The notes under the pieces were generated by a model. It ran no database searches. It saw only the letters and a list, made by a program, of their open reading frames with translations, and was not told where the DNA came from. 64,000 nt of DNA from Patescibacteria group bacterium. Lineage in GTDB: Bacteria; Patescibacteriota; Microgenomatia; UBA10105; UBA927. The stretch covers positions 681,517-745,516 of the forward strand of contig JBMOPU010000012.1 in the NCBI GenBank assembly GCA_049322955.1, written 5' to 3'. The position numbers and the translations under genes are program-made. Shown here in pieces: positions 27,947-38,265 of this stretch (its first letter is position 1; each line of letters starts with the position of its first letter).

Positions 27947-30214
27947 TTATTTTTTCGTCACGAAGCGGTGCTCTGCGGCGGCAACCGTCGCTCTCACATG
28001 ATCGACCGCATCGGCATTGACGGATACGCTGGTTATCCCCCAAGAGACAAGCTTTTCGACCAGTTCCGGGTAGTCCGAGGGTGCCTGTCCGCACATGGAG
28101 GTGGTGACGCCTTCCTTTGCACACGCCTTTATTACCTTTTCAAATGCCCACATCACGGAAGGATCCTGCTCGGAAAAATCATGGGCAACTTCGCTATTGT
28201 CCCGATCGGTTCCCATGGTCAACATCGTTAAATCATTACTTCCTATGGACACCCCGTCGATACCGACTTTCAGAAAATCCTCAATGCGGATAACGTTCGT
28301 GGGAATCTCCACCATCATCCACAATTTGAAGGTGCTGGAACGCGAAAGTCCGCTCGCCGCCACCATCTTTTTTACTTCCATGAGTTCCTCAGGGGTTCTC
28401 ACAAACGGAATCATGATCCACAGATTTTTAAGACCCATTTTATTCCGTACCGTCTTGATTGCTTCAAGTTCAAGCTCAAATACCTGCGGATCGGCAATAT
28501 AGCGTGCCGCGCCCCGGAATCCCAACATCGGGTTCGGTTCCTCCGGCTCAAACGCTGTTCCTCCCTTAAGATTGCGATATTCGTTTGTCTTAAAATCCGT
28601 CGTTCGATACACCACCGGACGGGGAGAAAACGCCTCCGCTATGGTGGCGATTTGTCCCGCCACAACGTCGATAAACATCTGTTGTTTTTTGTCGGCAATA
28701 ATCTTTTTGGGATGGATTCCGACGCTCGCCATGATAAATTCGGCACGAAGGAGTCCCACACCGTCGGCATGGAGCTTGGCCACTTCCGCGGCTCTCCCTG
28801 CTTGCGCCAGATTCATATATACTTTGGTTGCCGTTTTTATCCGTTCGGCGGGTTTGACGATAGCAGGCGCACCGGTCGCGACCTTCACGGCACCCTTGTA
28901 TATTTCGCCGTTAGTGCCGTTCACCGTGATCACCATACCGTCCTTGACCGTCTTAAGGACACCGGTAGTTCCCACAACCGCGGGGATACCCAACTCACGC
29001 GAAACGATTGCGGCGTGAGAGGTACGGCCGCCACGCTCCGTTACGATGGCAACCGCTTTTTTCATGGCGGGCACAAAGTCGGGGTTCGTCATTTGGGCTA
29101 CCAACACATCCCCCGGGTGGACTTTCCCCAAATCTTTGGGGCTATAAAGAATCTGTACAGGACCGCTGGCAAGCCCCGGACTGGCGGCATCGCCTTTCAA
29201 AAACACTTCCTGTTTGGTAACGGGTAACTGCTGACGGTTCACCGTCGACTTAATGGTCGTCACCGGCCTGGTTTGAACAATATAAAGCTTGCCCTTTTCG
29301 ATCGCCCACTCAATATCCTGCGGGAAGAAATAATGTTTCTCCAAACGTTTGCCGAGCCGGGCAAGACCAAGAATCTGTCCGTCGGTCAGTTTTGCCTGAG
29401 AACCTTTCGCTTTCGGAATCGGGGTAATAAGGGTCTTCGTGCCGTGTTTGGTCATGATCTTTTCCTGCGTATTGACCTCTTTTTCGATAATTTTTTCGTC
29501 CGCTTTATCAACCACATAATGGTCGGGGGTAACGGCACCCTGGACGATCATTTCACCGAGGCCGTAAATGGCGTCAACCACCACTTTGGTTTTGTCGTTC
29601 GTGACGGGATCAATCGTGAACATAATGCCCGAATAATCGGACTGCACCATGCGTTGTACCGGAACGGCGATCCCGACTTTAAAGTGATCAAACTTGTGGG
29701 TGGCACGGTAGAATATCGCACGATCGGTGAAAAGCGATGCCCAGGCTTCTTTTACTTTTTCAAGTAAATTTGCTTCTCCCAACACATTAAGAAACGTTGC
29801 CTGTTGTCCCGCAAATGACGCTTCCGGCAGATCCTCGGCGGTTGCGGATGATCGTACGGCGACAAGCGCATGCTTTTTCAGTAATCCCGTATCCATGGTA
29901 AAATACGCGCGCATCACCTCATGAGCGATATCTTCGGGAAACCGGGATTTCATGATAAGCGAACGGATAGCTTTTCCCGCCTCTGCCAATTTCTTACTAT
30001 TACTGACGTCCAGGCCGTGCAGGAGATCAGCAAGATCATCACGAAGATGTGCTTCGTCGAGGAAATGGAAGTATGCCTGTGCGGTGACGATAAAACCGTT
30101 GGGCACGGGGAACCCAGCCTTCGTCATTTCGCCTAAATTGGCACCCTTGCCTCCTACAATTCCTATGTCACCCCGATCAACGTCCTTAAACCATACGACA
30201 AACGGTTTGGTCAT
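27947..30214 (-). CDS. ppsA: Phosphoenolpyruvate synthase
   Basis: GGKGANLGEM, RSSATAED, GGRTSHAAIVSRELG, SIGSNDL. Confidence 0.95.
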   Translation of the reverse strand: MTKPFVVWFKDVDRGDIGIVGGKGANLGEMTKAGFPVPNGFIVTAQAYFHFLDEAHLRDDLADLLHGLDVSNSKKLAEAGKAIRSLIMKSRFPEDIAHEVMRAYFTMDTGLLKKHALVAVRSSATAEDLPEASFAGQQATFLNVLGEANLLEKVKEAWASLFTDRAIFYRATHKFDHFKVGIAVPVQRMVQSDYSGIMFTIDPVTNDKTKVVVDAIYGLGEMIVQGAVTPDHYVVDKADEKIIEKEVNTQEKIMTKHGTKTLITPIPKAKGSQAKLTDGQILGLARLGKRLEKHYFFPQDIEWAIEKGKLYIVQTRPVTTIKSTVNRQQLPVTKQEVFLKGDAASPGLASGPVQILYSPKDLGKVHPGDVLVAQMTNPDFVPAMKKAVAIVTERGGRTSHAAIVSRELGIPAVVGTTGVLKTVKDGMVITVNGTNGEIYKGAVKVATGAPAIVKPAERIKTATKVYMNLAQAGRAAEVAKLHADGVGLLRAEFIMASVGIHPKKIIADKKQQMFIDVVAGQIATIAEAFSPRPVVYRTTDFKTNEYRNLKGGTAFEPEEPNPMLGFRGAARYIADPQVFELELEAIKTVRNKMGLKNLWIMIPFVRTPEELMEVKKMVAASGLSRSSTFKLWMMVEIPTNVIRIEDFLKVGIDGVSIGSNDLTMLTMGTDRDNSEVAHDFSEQDPSVMWAFEKVIKACAKEGVTTSMCGQAPSDYPELVEKLVSWGITSVSVNADAVDHVRATVAAAEHRFVTKK

Positions 30215-30266
30215 ATGACCAGTATGGGTAATTTTTGCAAAAATCGCAAGTGCTATAATGCACGAT

Positions 30267-30926
30267 ATGCGAAAAGCAATACTTTTTGATATGGACGGGG
30301 TTATCGCCCACAGTGAAACGCTGTGGAATGAGCGGGAACCCGATTTGCTGAGAGAAATCCTCCCCGCATCTGCCGCTGATACGATTATCGGAAATACCCG
30401 CGGTCTTTCGGAAAGCCTTATCTACGAATGGGCAAAAAAATTAGGATATAGCGGAACCAGAGAAACCTTTTATGGTAAGTATGACCGTCTCGCACAAAAA
30501 ATATATGCGGAATGTGCTCTCACGCCGGGTATGGATGATCTATTCGGGGAATTGAAACAATCACAGGCATCAATAGGATTGGTATCTTCATCCCCTATGG
30601 ATTGGATCACCATCGTATTACACCGTCTCAAAAACCGGGATGTATTCCGTTTCATAGAATCGGTCAATGCGCACCCCGAGCTACGCCCAAAGCCCGCACC
30701 GGACGGGTATATCGCGGCCATGAAGGCGTTAAACGTACTCCCTCATGATACGCTTATTGTCGAAGACTCCCAAACGGGGATCAATGCGGCGGTGTCAGCG
30801 GGTGCCAACGTGTGTTGTTTTGCCCTTCATGTCGACAAACAGAAACTGCCTACGGGTGTTACCCAGTACGCCCATACCATTCAGGAGCTGAAAAGCGCTT
30901 GCATGGCCTTTCTTGCCCCCCGATAA
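30267..30926 (+). CDS. HAD-family phosphatase (beta-PGM-like)
   Basis: FDMDG, KPAPD, EDS motifs. Confidence 0.88.
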   Translation: MRKAILFDMDGVIAHSETLWNEREPDLLREILPASAADTIIGNTRGLSESLIYEWAKKLGYSGTRETFYGKYDRLAQKIYAECALTPGMDDLFGELKQSQASIGLVSSSPMDWITIVLHRLKNRDVFRFIESVNAHPELRPKPAPDGYIAAMKALNVLPHDTLIVEDSQTGINAAVSAGANVCCFALHVDKQKLPTGVTQYAHTIQELKSACMAFLAPR

Positions 30927-30932
30927 ATGCTT

Positions 30933-31850
30933 TTACCGGTTCGCGGGTACAATCACCTCAAATTTCTCCGGCTTACCGTAGGCTTTCGGACCGTAATCGT
31001 TACAAAACTGCTCAATGTGTTGCATGAAATAGTCGGGCTTCACCTTTTGAATCTGCCCGCACAAGTAATACGTAAGCGCGATGACGGTACCGAAACTTGC
31101 CGTAGCGCCAAGCGGGATATCCCAGCGGTGGGCAGGGTGGCCGAAGTATTTGTTTTCACTGCCCAAGGTGATCACCAATTCATGTTCCCACGGATGGACA
31201 AATTTAGCATGTCGGGCATGACCTTGCGGAAACGCGCGAATCATAACGTGCGGTCCGAATAATTCGTCTCCTTTTATTTCGACCATAGGCCCGACGTTGA
31301 GGTACGCATCGGGGAGCACAAACGTGTACGTCTGATATTCGGAAAAACCGGGAGGAAGTGAGATACCGTTTATACATGTCTTTATATCTTCCGCTTTTTC
31401 TCCCGTTGCGGATAATACCATCCCCAGATACGTTGAGGTGTTGTACGTATACGGCTCTGCAATGCTTTTGTACGCGTACACTTTGTCGGCGATACCTGCC
31501 CCGGTTGAATTCGGCTTGCAGGTCAACAAGGTTGTTCTTAGCTTCATATCCCGCGAAAGTTCGAGTTCCCACACCGAATCTTTTTCACCCGAGGCGGAGA
31601 TGATGACCGCATCGGTGATAAGTCCCTTTTCAATGACCGGCTTGTAGGCTTCTGCAATCGCACGAAAATTACTTTCATCGGCAAATATGGCCGCTTTTCC
31701 CGAAAATAAAATTTTGCCCGTATTAATTGCATTGCCGCTCCCGACGACAAAAGGAAGCGAATAGGCACTGATATCAAGGGCGGGGGGCGGTGTTTTTGTA
31801 AAAAAATCCAACGCTTCCAAAACGATCGTATCCAATGTCGGAATGTTCAT
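30933..31850 (-). CDS. SIS-domain sugar-phosphate isomerase-like protein
   Basis: VVGSGNA and IISASGEK resemble SIS phosphosugar loops; in an operon with PMI- and PMM-like genes. Confidence 0.5.
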   Translation of the reverse strand: MNIPTLDTIVLEALDFFTKTPPPALDISAYSLPFVVGSGNAINTGKILFSGKAAIFADESNFRAIAEAYKPVIEKGLITDAVIISASGEKDSVWELELSRDMKLRTTLLTCKPNSTGAGIADKVYAYKSIAEPYTYNTSTYLGMVLSATGEKAEDIKTCINGISLPPGFSEYQTYTFVLPDAYLNVGPMVEIKGDELFGPHVMIRAFPQGHARHAKFVHPWEHELVITLGSENKYFGHPAHRWDIPLGATASFGTVIALTYYLCGQIQKVKPDYFMQHIEQFCNDYGPKAYGKPEKFEVIVPANR

Positions 31851-31862
31851 AGCAACCCCTTT

Positions 31863-33050
31863 CTAATATGAAATAAGTATTTCGGTATCGGCAACCGTCG
31901 CGCTGACTTTGTACGATCCGCACCCTGCGGGAACAAACACCGAGTGACCCATAGTTACGGTAACGGGCAGTTCATTTGCCGTGACGACGACGGCTCCCGC
32001 CCTGACAAATATATGCCGGAAGGTGTCCATGGTCGAATCAAACATCGCTCCCGGTTTCGTGAAGCTCACCCGATCCATAGAATAGTACTTACTTTCCAAA
32101 ATCAGATCATGCGTATAGGCGTCCGTTTTTGCAACCGATTTTGCCTGACGCATATGGGTTTTCGGATCGTTTGCCTCAGGACTTCTGTCTGCGTAAGTAA
32201 AGTACTCGGCTATCTGTAACGGACGAAGCGTTCCGTCTTTCGACATTTTCCCCTTGTCAAAACTCCGCAGTGTCGCCACGTTATCCATGACATTGAGCTG
32301 AATCTCATACAACACGTTCCCCAAAGGAATACTCGCAAGATCTTCCTCCCAGGAGTGATGGATACCGCAGGGCGAAAGGTCGATAAGCGTTCCTTTTTCT
32401 ACCCGGACGACATTGACGTATTGCCAGGGGTTCGCGTCTTTGACGAGCTGACTGATTATCTCGGACGCCTCCTCGTACGAAAGGGACCCTTCGCGAACCC
32501 GTGCGGCGACAAGTTGCATCTCTTTGTCGAGTTTGGTGACCGCACCCTGATATGACTCCCATGAAACTCCCGTTTTGATACCGCAGGTAATAATGCCGGG
32601 CTCAAAGTAATACCAGGATTCTGGCTTGGGCTTCCAATGGTCATTTTTCACCCCGTCGGGGACATGCAGTTGAAATGAATTGCCCAATGCCTGGGTAAAT
32701 TTCAACAGTAAATGCATCGTTGAGCCGTACGTACGAACGATGCGCTTTCCCAACACCGCCACCGCATCCTGTGAGATGAGCGCCGACAGGGCTACGCTGT
32801 TGGGGACGACTGATTGCTGTTCAACCGACTTGGTATCGGCTATTTCCCCCTGAAATTGCGGATCTTGGGAACTTATTAACAGCGACAGATTGCTTTTATC
32901 GTAAAGTTCATACGATTGCCCGATTTTTTTGCCGGCGACGTTTGTTGCGTTCTGCCATTTTTTAGATTCGGCGATGTACGTTCCGCCCCAAGTCGGCTGT
33001 TCAATAAGCTTTGGAATAACAAGATACGGACGAAGTTGTTTTGTATCCAT
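31863..33050 (-). CDS. Mannose-6-phosphate isomerase (cupin, type I-like)
   Basis: PTWGG, LLLKF…SFQLH, KPESW, IHH, EIQ, RSFD. Confidence 0.75.
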   Translation of the reverse strand: MDTKQLRPYLVIPKLIEQPTWGGTYIAESKKWQNATNVAGKKIGQSYELYDKSNLSLLISSQDPQFQGEIADTKSVEQQSVVPNSVALSALISQDAVAVLGKRIVRTYGSTMHLLLKFTQALGNSFQLHVPDGVKNDHWKPKPESWYYFEPGIITCGIKTGVSWESYQGAVTKLDKEMQLVAARVREGSLSYEEASEIISQLVKDANPWQYVNVVRVEKGTLIDLSPCGIHHSWEEDLASIPLGNVLYEIQLNVMDNVATLRSFDKGKMSKDGTLRPLQIAEYFTYADRSPEANDPKTHMRQAKSVAKTDAYTHDLILESKYYSMDRVSFTKPGAMFDSTMDTFRHIFVRAGAVVVTANELPVTVTMGHSVFVPAGCGSYKVSATVADTEILISY

Positions 33051-33057
33051 AGGATGG

Positions 33058-34473
33058 TTACTCTAACGCTTTTGTGTTGACACCGGAACCGAAATCGATT
33101 TCGGAAAACTTATGCAGTATTTCGCCGACCTGACGCTTCAGTGTGTCGTACGCTGTCTGGGTCTTCCCTTCAAATTTCACCGTAAGATACGGCCCGTTTT
33201 GACTTGCCCGCACGATAAGCATCTCGCTATCAGTGTCCATACGCACCCCGTCAATCTCGGTATAGGTAGCCGCCGGATACAATTTCTTCACCTCTCCGCC
33301 GATCTTTTCACTGACGAGTGAAAATTTGATCGCATCCGGACATCCTACTTTTATTTCAGGGCTTGAAACATACTGCGGCAACTCGTCGATAACCGCGGCA
33401 AGACTCTTCTTTACTTTGGTTAAGTAGGCAAGGAGACGCAAGCTGGCAATAGCTCCGTCATCATGACCGTAAAAATTGTCCATGAAGAAGAAATGTCCCG
33501 AAAGCTCCCCGCCGAACGGTGAACGCGCCTCGCGAACTTTGGCTTTAATAAATGAATGCCCCGTCTTCCAAAGGATCGGCGTGCCGCCTTTTTGGCGTAT
33601 TACTTCATCCACCTGCTTGGAGCAAAGCGCATTATAGACGATGTTTGCTCCGGGAAGAGACCCCAACACGTCGACGGAGAATATAGATACGAGGACGTCG
33701 TTCCAAATGAGCCTTCCGGTGTGATCGACAATGCCGACACGATCCCCGTCACAATCATAGGAAAATCCGATATCGGCTTTTTCCTTGAGCACCCGTTCGG
33801 CAAGACGTGCCTGCACTTCGTGCTCGGTCGGGTCTGGCGTACCTACCGGGAAATTACCGTCGGGCGTGGTGTTTTGCTCGATGACTTCGCACCCTACCGA
33901 GCGCAAGATGTCGGGTAAATAAATGCCCGTGGTAGCACCGCAGGAATCCACGACAATCTTGAATGTACCGATGGGATCAATCCGTCGCTTCAGATCATCC
34001 ATATATTCCTGTTTGATATCTTTTTTGACCACCGTGCCTTTCGGCGAGCGGGTCACGAATTTCCCTGATTTGACCAAATCGCGAAGTTCAATAATCTCTT
34101 CGGAAAGCATGGTTTCCGAAAATCCCATACCGAACTTAAACCCGTTGTATTCTTTGGGGTTATGCGATGCGGTGATCATGACTAATCCTTTGGTACGGAA
34201 GTAGTACCCGGCAAAGTACGCAATTTGAGATAACGTCATGCCGATGTCATAGACCGTTATTCCCGACTCGGTGAGTCCTTTGACCATGGCGTCGCGAAAT
34301 TCGGGACTTGAGAGCCGACAATCATAGCCCACCACGCAATCATAGATCCTGCGTTGGAGTAACCATGTCGCATACCCTTTTGCCAACAATTCCACATTTT
34401 CCGCATCGAGTTCACTGCCTACCAAACCGCGCAAGTCATATCCGCGAAACACATGATCAGGAATAGAGTTCAT
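33058..34473 (-). CDS. Phosphomannomutase/phosphoglucomutase
   Basis: FRGYDLRG, TASHNP, DCDGDR, GELSGH. Confidence 0.93.
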   Translation of the reverse strand: MNSIPDHVFRGYDLRGLVGSELDAENVELLAKGYATWLLQRRIYDCVVGYDCRLSSPEFRDAMVKGLTESGITVYDIGMTLSQIAYFAGYYFRTKGLVMITASHNPKEYNGFKFGMGFSETMLSEEIIELRDLVKSGKFVTRSPKGTVVKKDIKQEYMDDLKRRIDPIGTFKIVVDSCGATTGIYLPDILRSVGCEVIEQNTTPDGNFPVGTPDPTEHEVQARLAERVLKEKADIGFSYDCDGDRVGIVDHTGRLIWNDVLVSIFSVDVLGSLPGANIVYNALCSKQVDEVIRQKGGTPILWKTGHSFIKAKVREARSPFGGELSGHFFFMDNFYGHDDGAIASLRLLAYLTKVKKSLAAVIDELPQYVSSPEIKVGCPDAIKFSLVSEKIGGEVKKLYPAATYTEIDGVRMDTDSEMLIVRASQNGPYLTVKFEGKTQTAYDTLKRQVGEILHKFSEIDFGSGVNTKALE

Positions 34474-34482
34474 AAAACCTCC

Positions 34483-35172
34483 TTATAAAGAAATCAATAA
34501 TTGTTCGATACGTTGGGTTAAAACAAACGGTGAGGATCCCGTTTTGATGGCAGTGTCGATATCCAACAAGGATGTATGCATAACGACGAGTTGTTCAATC
34601 GTAAAATGTTGCGCCTGTGAAGTCAAGCGACCTACCTGCCACGATTGCATACCCGCAGGCGTTACTCCGTCTTTGAGCATGATGAGCTGTCGCACGCGCC
34701 GTACAAGCAGGGCAAACACCACTTCGGGAACTTCCTGCGATATCACCTGGGAAAATAAGGTTAACGACGTTTTTGCATTGCCGGGAGCTATGCTATCAAG
34801 AAATTGGAAGATAACGCTCGGCAGTTTAAAGAGAAACGGTCGCAGGGCACTGCCGAGTTTTGAGAGCGTTCCTTTTTCAATTTCCTTGTCTTCATAGAGG
34901 ATGATGTCCGTGTCTTTTGCAGAGGCAATAATCTGGGCAAGCAGATTCGAAAACGCTTTTTCCCTTTTTTTAGCATTACCGATAAACCCTTCGATAATAA
35001 CGAGTATTTCCCCGCCGAACAGGGAAGATGACGTCAGCGCCTGTACAAGCGCGTTCGAATCCAACTTCTTACCTGAAATTTCCCGGATCTCCTTATCTTT
35101 TGCGTCGGATTTGAGCTCCATGAGTTTGGCGCGTGAAGCGGTCAGATGGTCCCCATGAATAAGCGTAAGCAT
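34483..35172 (-). CDS. holA: DNA polymerase III delta subunit-like (short)
   Basis: LIHGD, SLFGG, IFQFLDS, D-AIKTG motifs. Confidence 0.7.
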   Translation of the reverse strand: MLTLIHGDHLTASRAKLMELKSDAKDKEIREISGKKLDSNALVQALTSSSLFGGEILVIIEGFIGNAKKREKAFSNLLAQIIASAKDTDIILYEDKEIEKGTLSKLGSALRPFLFKLPSVIFQFLDSIAPGNAKTSLTLFSQVISQEVPEVVFALLVRRVRQLIMLKDGVTPAGMQSWQVGRLTSQAQHFTIEQLVVMHTSLLDIDTAIKTGSSPFVLTQRIEQLLISL

Positions 35173-35176
35173 AGCG

Positions 35177-35602
35177 TTAGGTTGACGGTTGCAGTTTCTT
35201 GAGCGCTTCGGTAAGGAGCGGCACATTGGTTTTCGGGTACCCTAATTGCGTCATGGCGGTCGAAACGGGCATCCATGTCGCCTCACTGATTCCTTCTTCC
35301 GTTTGAACCACCGGTTTTTGCAATGAGGCGGACCGGAACACATAATAATACACCGTCTTCCGAATCGGAAGGGCACGGAAGTACCAATAGGAGGTAGGAG
35401 CGAGTGAAGCGACGAGGGTGAGATTATGTATCCCCACTTCTTCGGCGATTTCGCGTAGAGCGGTGGTTTCAAGATCCTCGCCCTTTTCAATCTTTCCTTT
35501 GGGGAACGTCCACAAACCCTTTCGATCTTTCATCACCAACACGAGCATGACCTGTTTGCTCCGGTAAAAAATAAGCCCTCCTGCCGATACTTCGCTCATC
35601 AT
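35177..35602 (-). CDS. NUDIX hydrolase
   Basis: PKGKIEKGEDLETTALREIAEEVG Nudix box. Confidence 0.92.
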   Translation of the reverse strand: MMSEVSAGGLIFYRSKQVMLVLVMKDRKGLWTFPKGKIEKGEDLETTALREIAEEVGIHNLTLVASLAPTSYWYFRALPIRKTVYYYVFRSASLQKPVVQTEEGISEATWMPVSTAMTQLGYPKTNVPLLTEALKKLQPST

Positions 35603-35603
35603 A

Positions 35604-36776
35604 TTATTTGAGATATTTTTTCCCTTTTATCTTATCGGGAAGCAGACTTTCATTTGTATATGCCTGATAGCCCTTGCCGTAGCCTAAGTTTTTCATGAGC
35701 TTGGTCGGCGCATTGCGGATGACCAGCGGAATCGGGAGGTTCCCGTATTTTTTGACATCATCAAGCGCCGCAAAGTACGCATCATATGCGCTCCGGTCTT
35801 TTTTGGCCAGGGAAAGATACACAACCCCGTGCGCAAGATTTTCCTGACATTCGGGATAGCCTATTTTGTTACAGGCATCAAATACGGCATTTGCCACAAC
35901 AAGTGCCGTGGGTTGGGCTACCCCGATATCTTCCGACGCAAAAACGACCATGCGCCGTGCGATAAACAACGGATCCTCGCCGGCTTCGACCATCCGCGCC
36001 AGATAATAGAGCGCGGCATCGGGATCGCTGGCGCGCATCGATTTTATAAACGCGCTTATCGTGTTGTAATGTTCCTCGGCACCTTTATCATAGTGGAGTG
36101 TCTTCCGTTGTGCCGCTTCCTCAATATTTTTGAGCGTCAGCTGTTTGCCTTTGGTAATTTCCGACGCAATTTCAAGCGTCGTCAGGAGTGCCCGACCGTC
36201 ACCGTTTGCCACTTCCCAAAGAAACTTTTCCGCATCCGTTGTTATGGTTTTTTTCAGATACGATAATCCCCGTTGCGTAATGGTATGAAGCGCGGCTTCC
36301 GTAAGAGGATTGAGGACAAGAACACGAAGTCGTGACAAAAGCGGACTAATGACCTCAAATGACGGGTTTTCGGTAGTAGCACCGATAAAAATAACCGTAC
36401 CCTTTTCCACATGCGGCAGTAAGGCGTCCTGTTGCGCTTTGTTAAACCGATGAATTTCATCGATAAAGAGTACGGTGCGCCTCCCTGTTTTGAGCCGTTC
36501 GGCCGCTTCGGCGATAATACCCCGTACGGTAGCAAGCGATGTGGTGACTGCCGATTCCGCAACAAAGTGTGCATCGGTTAAGGTTGCCAAGAGCTGGGCA
36601 AGCGAGGTTTTGCCGCTCCCCGGGGGCCCCCAAAATACCATGGAGGGAAGAAAGCCCTTCACGAGAAATTTTCGGATAATCCCTTCTTTGCCGACAAGGT
36701 GATCCTGACCGATAATTTCGTCCAGGGTGCGAGGTCGTAACGCGTCAGCAAGAGGCCGAGACATTTCCATCGGCAA
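35604..36776 (-). CDS. rarA: Replication-associated recombination protein A
   Basis: PLADALRP, GPPGSGKT, DEIHRFNKAQQD, ASEDIG. Confidence 0.95.
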   Translation of the reverse strand: MPMEMSRPLADALRPRTLDEIIGQDHLVGKEGIIRKFLVKGFLPSMVFWGPPGSGKTSLAQLLATLTDAHFVAESAVTTSLATVRGIIAEAAERLKTGRRTVLFIDEIHRFNKAQQDALLPHVEKGTVIFIGATTENPSFEVISPLLSRLRVLVLNPLTEAALHTITQRGLSYLKKTITTDAEKFLWEVANGDGRALLTTLEIASEITKGKQLTLKNIEEAAQRKTLHYDKGAEEHYNTISAFIKSMRASDPDAALYYLARMVEAGEDPLFIARRMVVFASEDIGVAQPTALVVANAVFDACNKIGYPECQENLAHGVVYLSLAKKDRSAYDAYFAALDDVKKYGNLPIPLVIRNAPTKLMKNLGYGKGYQAYTNESLLPDKIKGKKYLK

Positions 36777-36784
36777 TCATTCTA

Positions 36785-37102
36785 TCATGTTTCGTAAGTG
36801 TTTCGGGAAAAATCGACATGCGCTACGGGAACCTTATATTTTTTCAACATGCGAACGATGCGAACGTCAATAGGGTGCATATCATCAAATCGCCATACGA
36901 TAATCTCATGAGTCGGTTTTGCGGCGTCATGTTCCTTTGCTAATAGGGAGATCTCATCAGTAGCTCCCTGCCCAAACGGAATTCTCGGGAGAATTGTCCG
37001 CACAAACTGCGTTCTTTTCGACTGCTCAAGCGAGGCAAAACACGCGGGACAGAAACATCCCGCATATTTTGCCGTTTCTTTGCCGAAGGTGCGTATCGTC
37101 AT
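36785..37102 (-). CDS. Hypothetical protein (CxCxxC)
   Basis: Co-oriented ORF filling the metK-rarA gap. Confidence 0.55.
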   Translation of the reverse strand: MTIRTFGKETAKYAGCFCPACFASLEQSKRTQFVRTILPRIPFGQGATDEISLLAKEHDAAKPTHEIIVWRFDDMHPIDVRIVRMLKKYKVPVAHVDFSRNTYET

Positions 37103-37121
37103 ACTCTCCCGAAGGAGACGG

Positions 37122-38237
37122 TTATTTTACTACTTCCTCCCACGGGAAACCAGCACGCCCGAAGTGTCCGTAGCGTGCCGTTTTAGCATAGATTGGACGG
37201 CGTAGTTTAAGCCCCGAAAGTATTCCAGGTACCGACATGTCAAGGAGCTTCCACGCAAACGCTTCGATGTCGGCAAGCGATTTCTTCTCGGTGCCGAAGG
37301 TTTCAATCGCTTTCCCCAACGGCTCACGTTGACCGATGACATACGCCACCCGTACTTCCACCCGATCGGCAAGACCGTGGGCAACGATGTTTTTCGCGAT
37401 AAAGCGTGCGGCATAGGCACCGCTTCGATCCACTTTCGTCGGATCCTTGCCGGAAAACGCGCCGCCGCCATGCCGGGAAAATCCGCCGTAGGTGTCGACG
37501 ATGATCTTTCTTCCCGTCACCCCGGTGTCGGAAGCGGGGCCGCCTATTTCCCACTTTCCCTTGCTCCCGTTCACGATGACATCGTCAAGGGAAGGCGGAC
37601 TCAGCTTGTATTTTTTCACGACGGGCTTTACCACTTTCTCGTACAATTTCTTTTTGAGTTCCGCATTGGTGATTTTCGGGTCATGGGGAACGGCCAGCAC
37701 GATCCGTTCAACCGCCACCGGCTTGTTGTTTTCATACCGCACCTTTACCTCGCTTTTGCCGTCGGGACGAAGGAACGGAAGTATTTTTTCCTCGCGTGCT
37801 TCATCCATCTTTTCAACGAGCCGATGTGACAACACCAGCGGAAGCGGCATGTATTCGGGCGTTTCATTGGTCGCGTAGCCGAACATCATCCCCTGATCGC
37901 CCGCTCCTCCTTCATCCACGCCGCCCGCGATATCGGGCGATTGCTCATGGATATAGACAGATATCGGCGACTTATACCAAAAACCGAACGCTTTGTTGGT
38001 GTATCCCAGGCTCTTTATTGTTTTTCGGGCTATTTTTTCGTAATCGAGTTTTTTCGTACAGGTTACCTCGCCCGCCAGCACGATTCGGTCGGTCGTGACT
38101 AACGTTTCCACCGCCACCCGTGCTTTGGGATCAACGGCGAGTGCGGCATCCACAATCGCATCCGATACCTGATCACAGATTTTGTCGGGATGACCGGACG
38201 CAACGGATTCCGAGGTAAAGTGGGTCGTTGTTTTCAT
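37122..38237 (-). CDS. metK: S-adenosylmethionine synthetase
   Basis: FTSESV.GHPDK, GAGDQG, GGGAFSGKD; real start MKTT lies downstream of the riboswitch terminator. Confidence 0.97.
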   Translation of the reverse strand: MKTTTHFTSESVASGHPDKICDQVSDAIVDAALAVDPKARVAVETLVTTDRIVLAGEVTCTKKLDYEKIARKTIKSLGYTNKAFGFWYKSPISVYIHEQSPDIAGGVDEGGAGDQGMMFGYATNETPEYMPLPLVLSHRLVEKMDEAREEKILPFLRPDGKSEVKVRYENNKPVAVERIVLAVPHDPKITNAELKKKLYEKVVKPVVKKYKLSPPSLDDVIVNGSKGKWEIGGPASDTGVTGRKIIVDTYGGFSRHGGGAFSGKDPTKVDRSGAYAARFIAKNIVAHGLADRVEVRVAYVIGQREPLGKAIETFGTEKKSLADIEAFAWKLLDMSVPGILSGLKLRRPIYAKTARYGHFGRAGFPWEEVVK

Positions 38238-38265
38238 AACTCGCCTTTCCTGCCAAATGAAGTGA

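Noticed and set aside
27939-28124. N-terminal extension of enolase in the ORF track
   Set aside because: It overlaps ppsA; enolase homology starts at ATG 27938.
14265-37878. Numerous 60-190 aa antisense or alternate-frame ORFs inside housekeeping genes
   Set aside because: These are shadow ORFs of well-supported genes, with no motifs or independent start signals.
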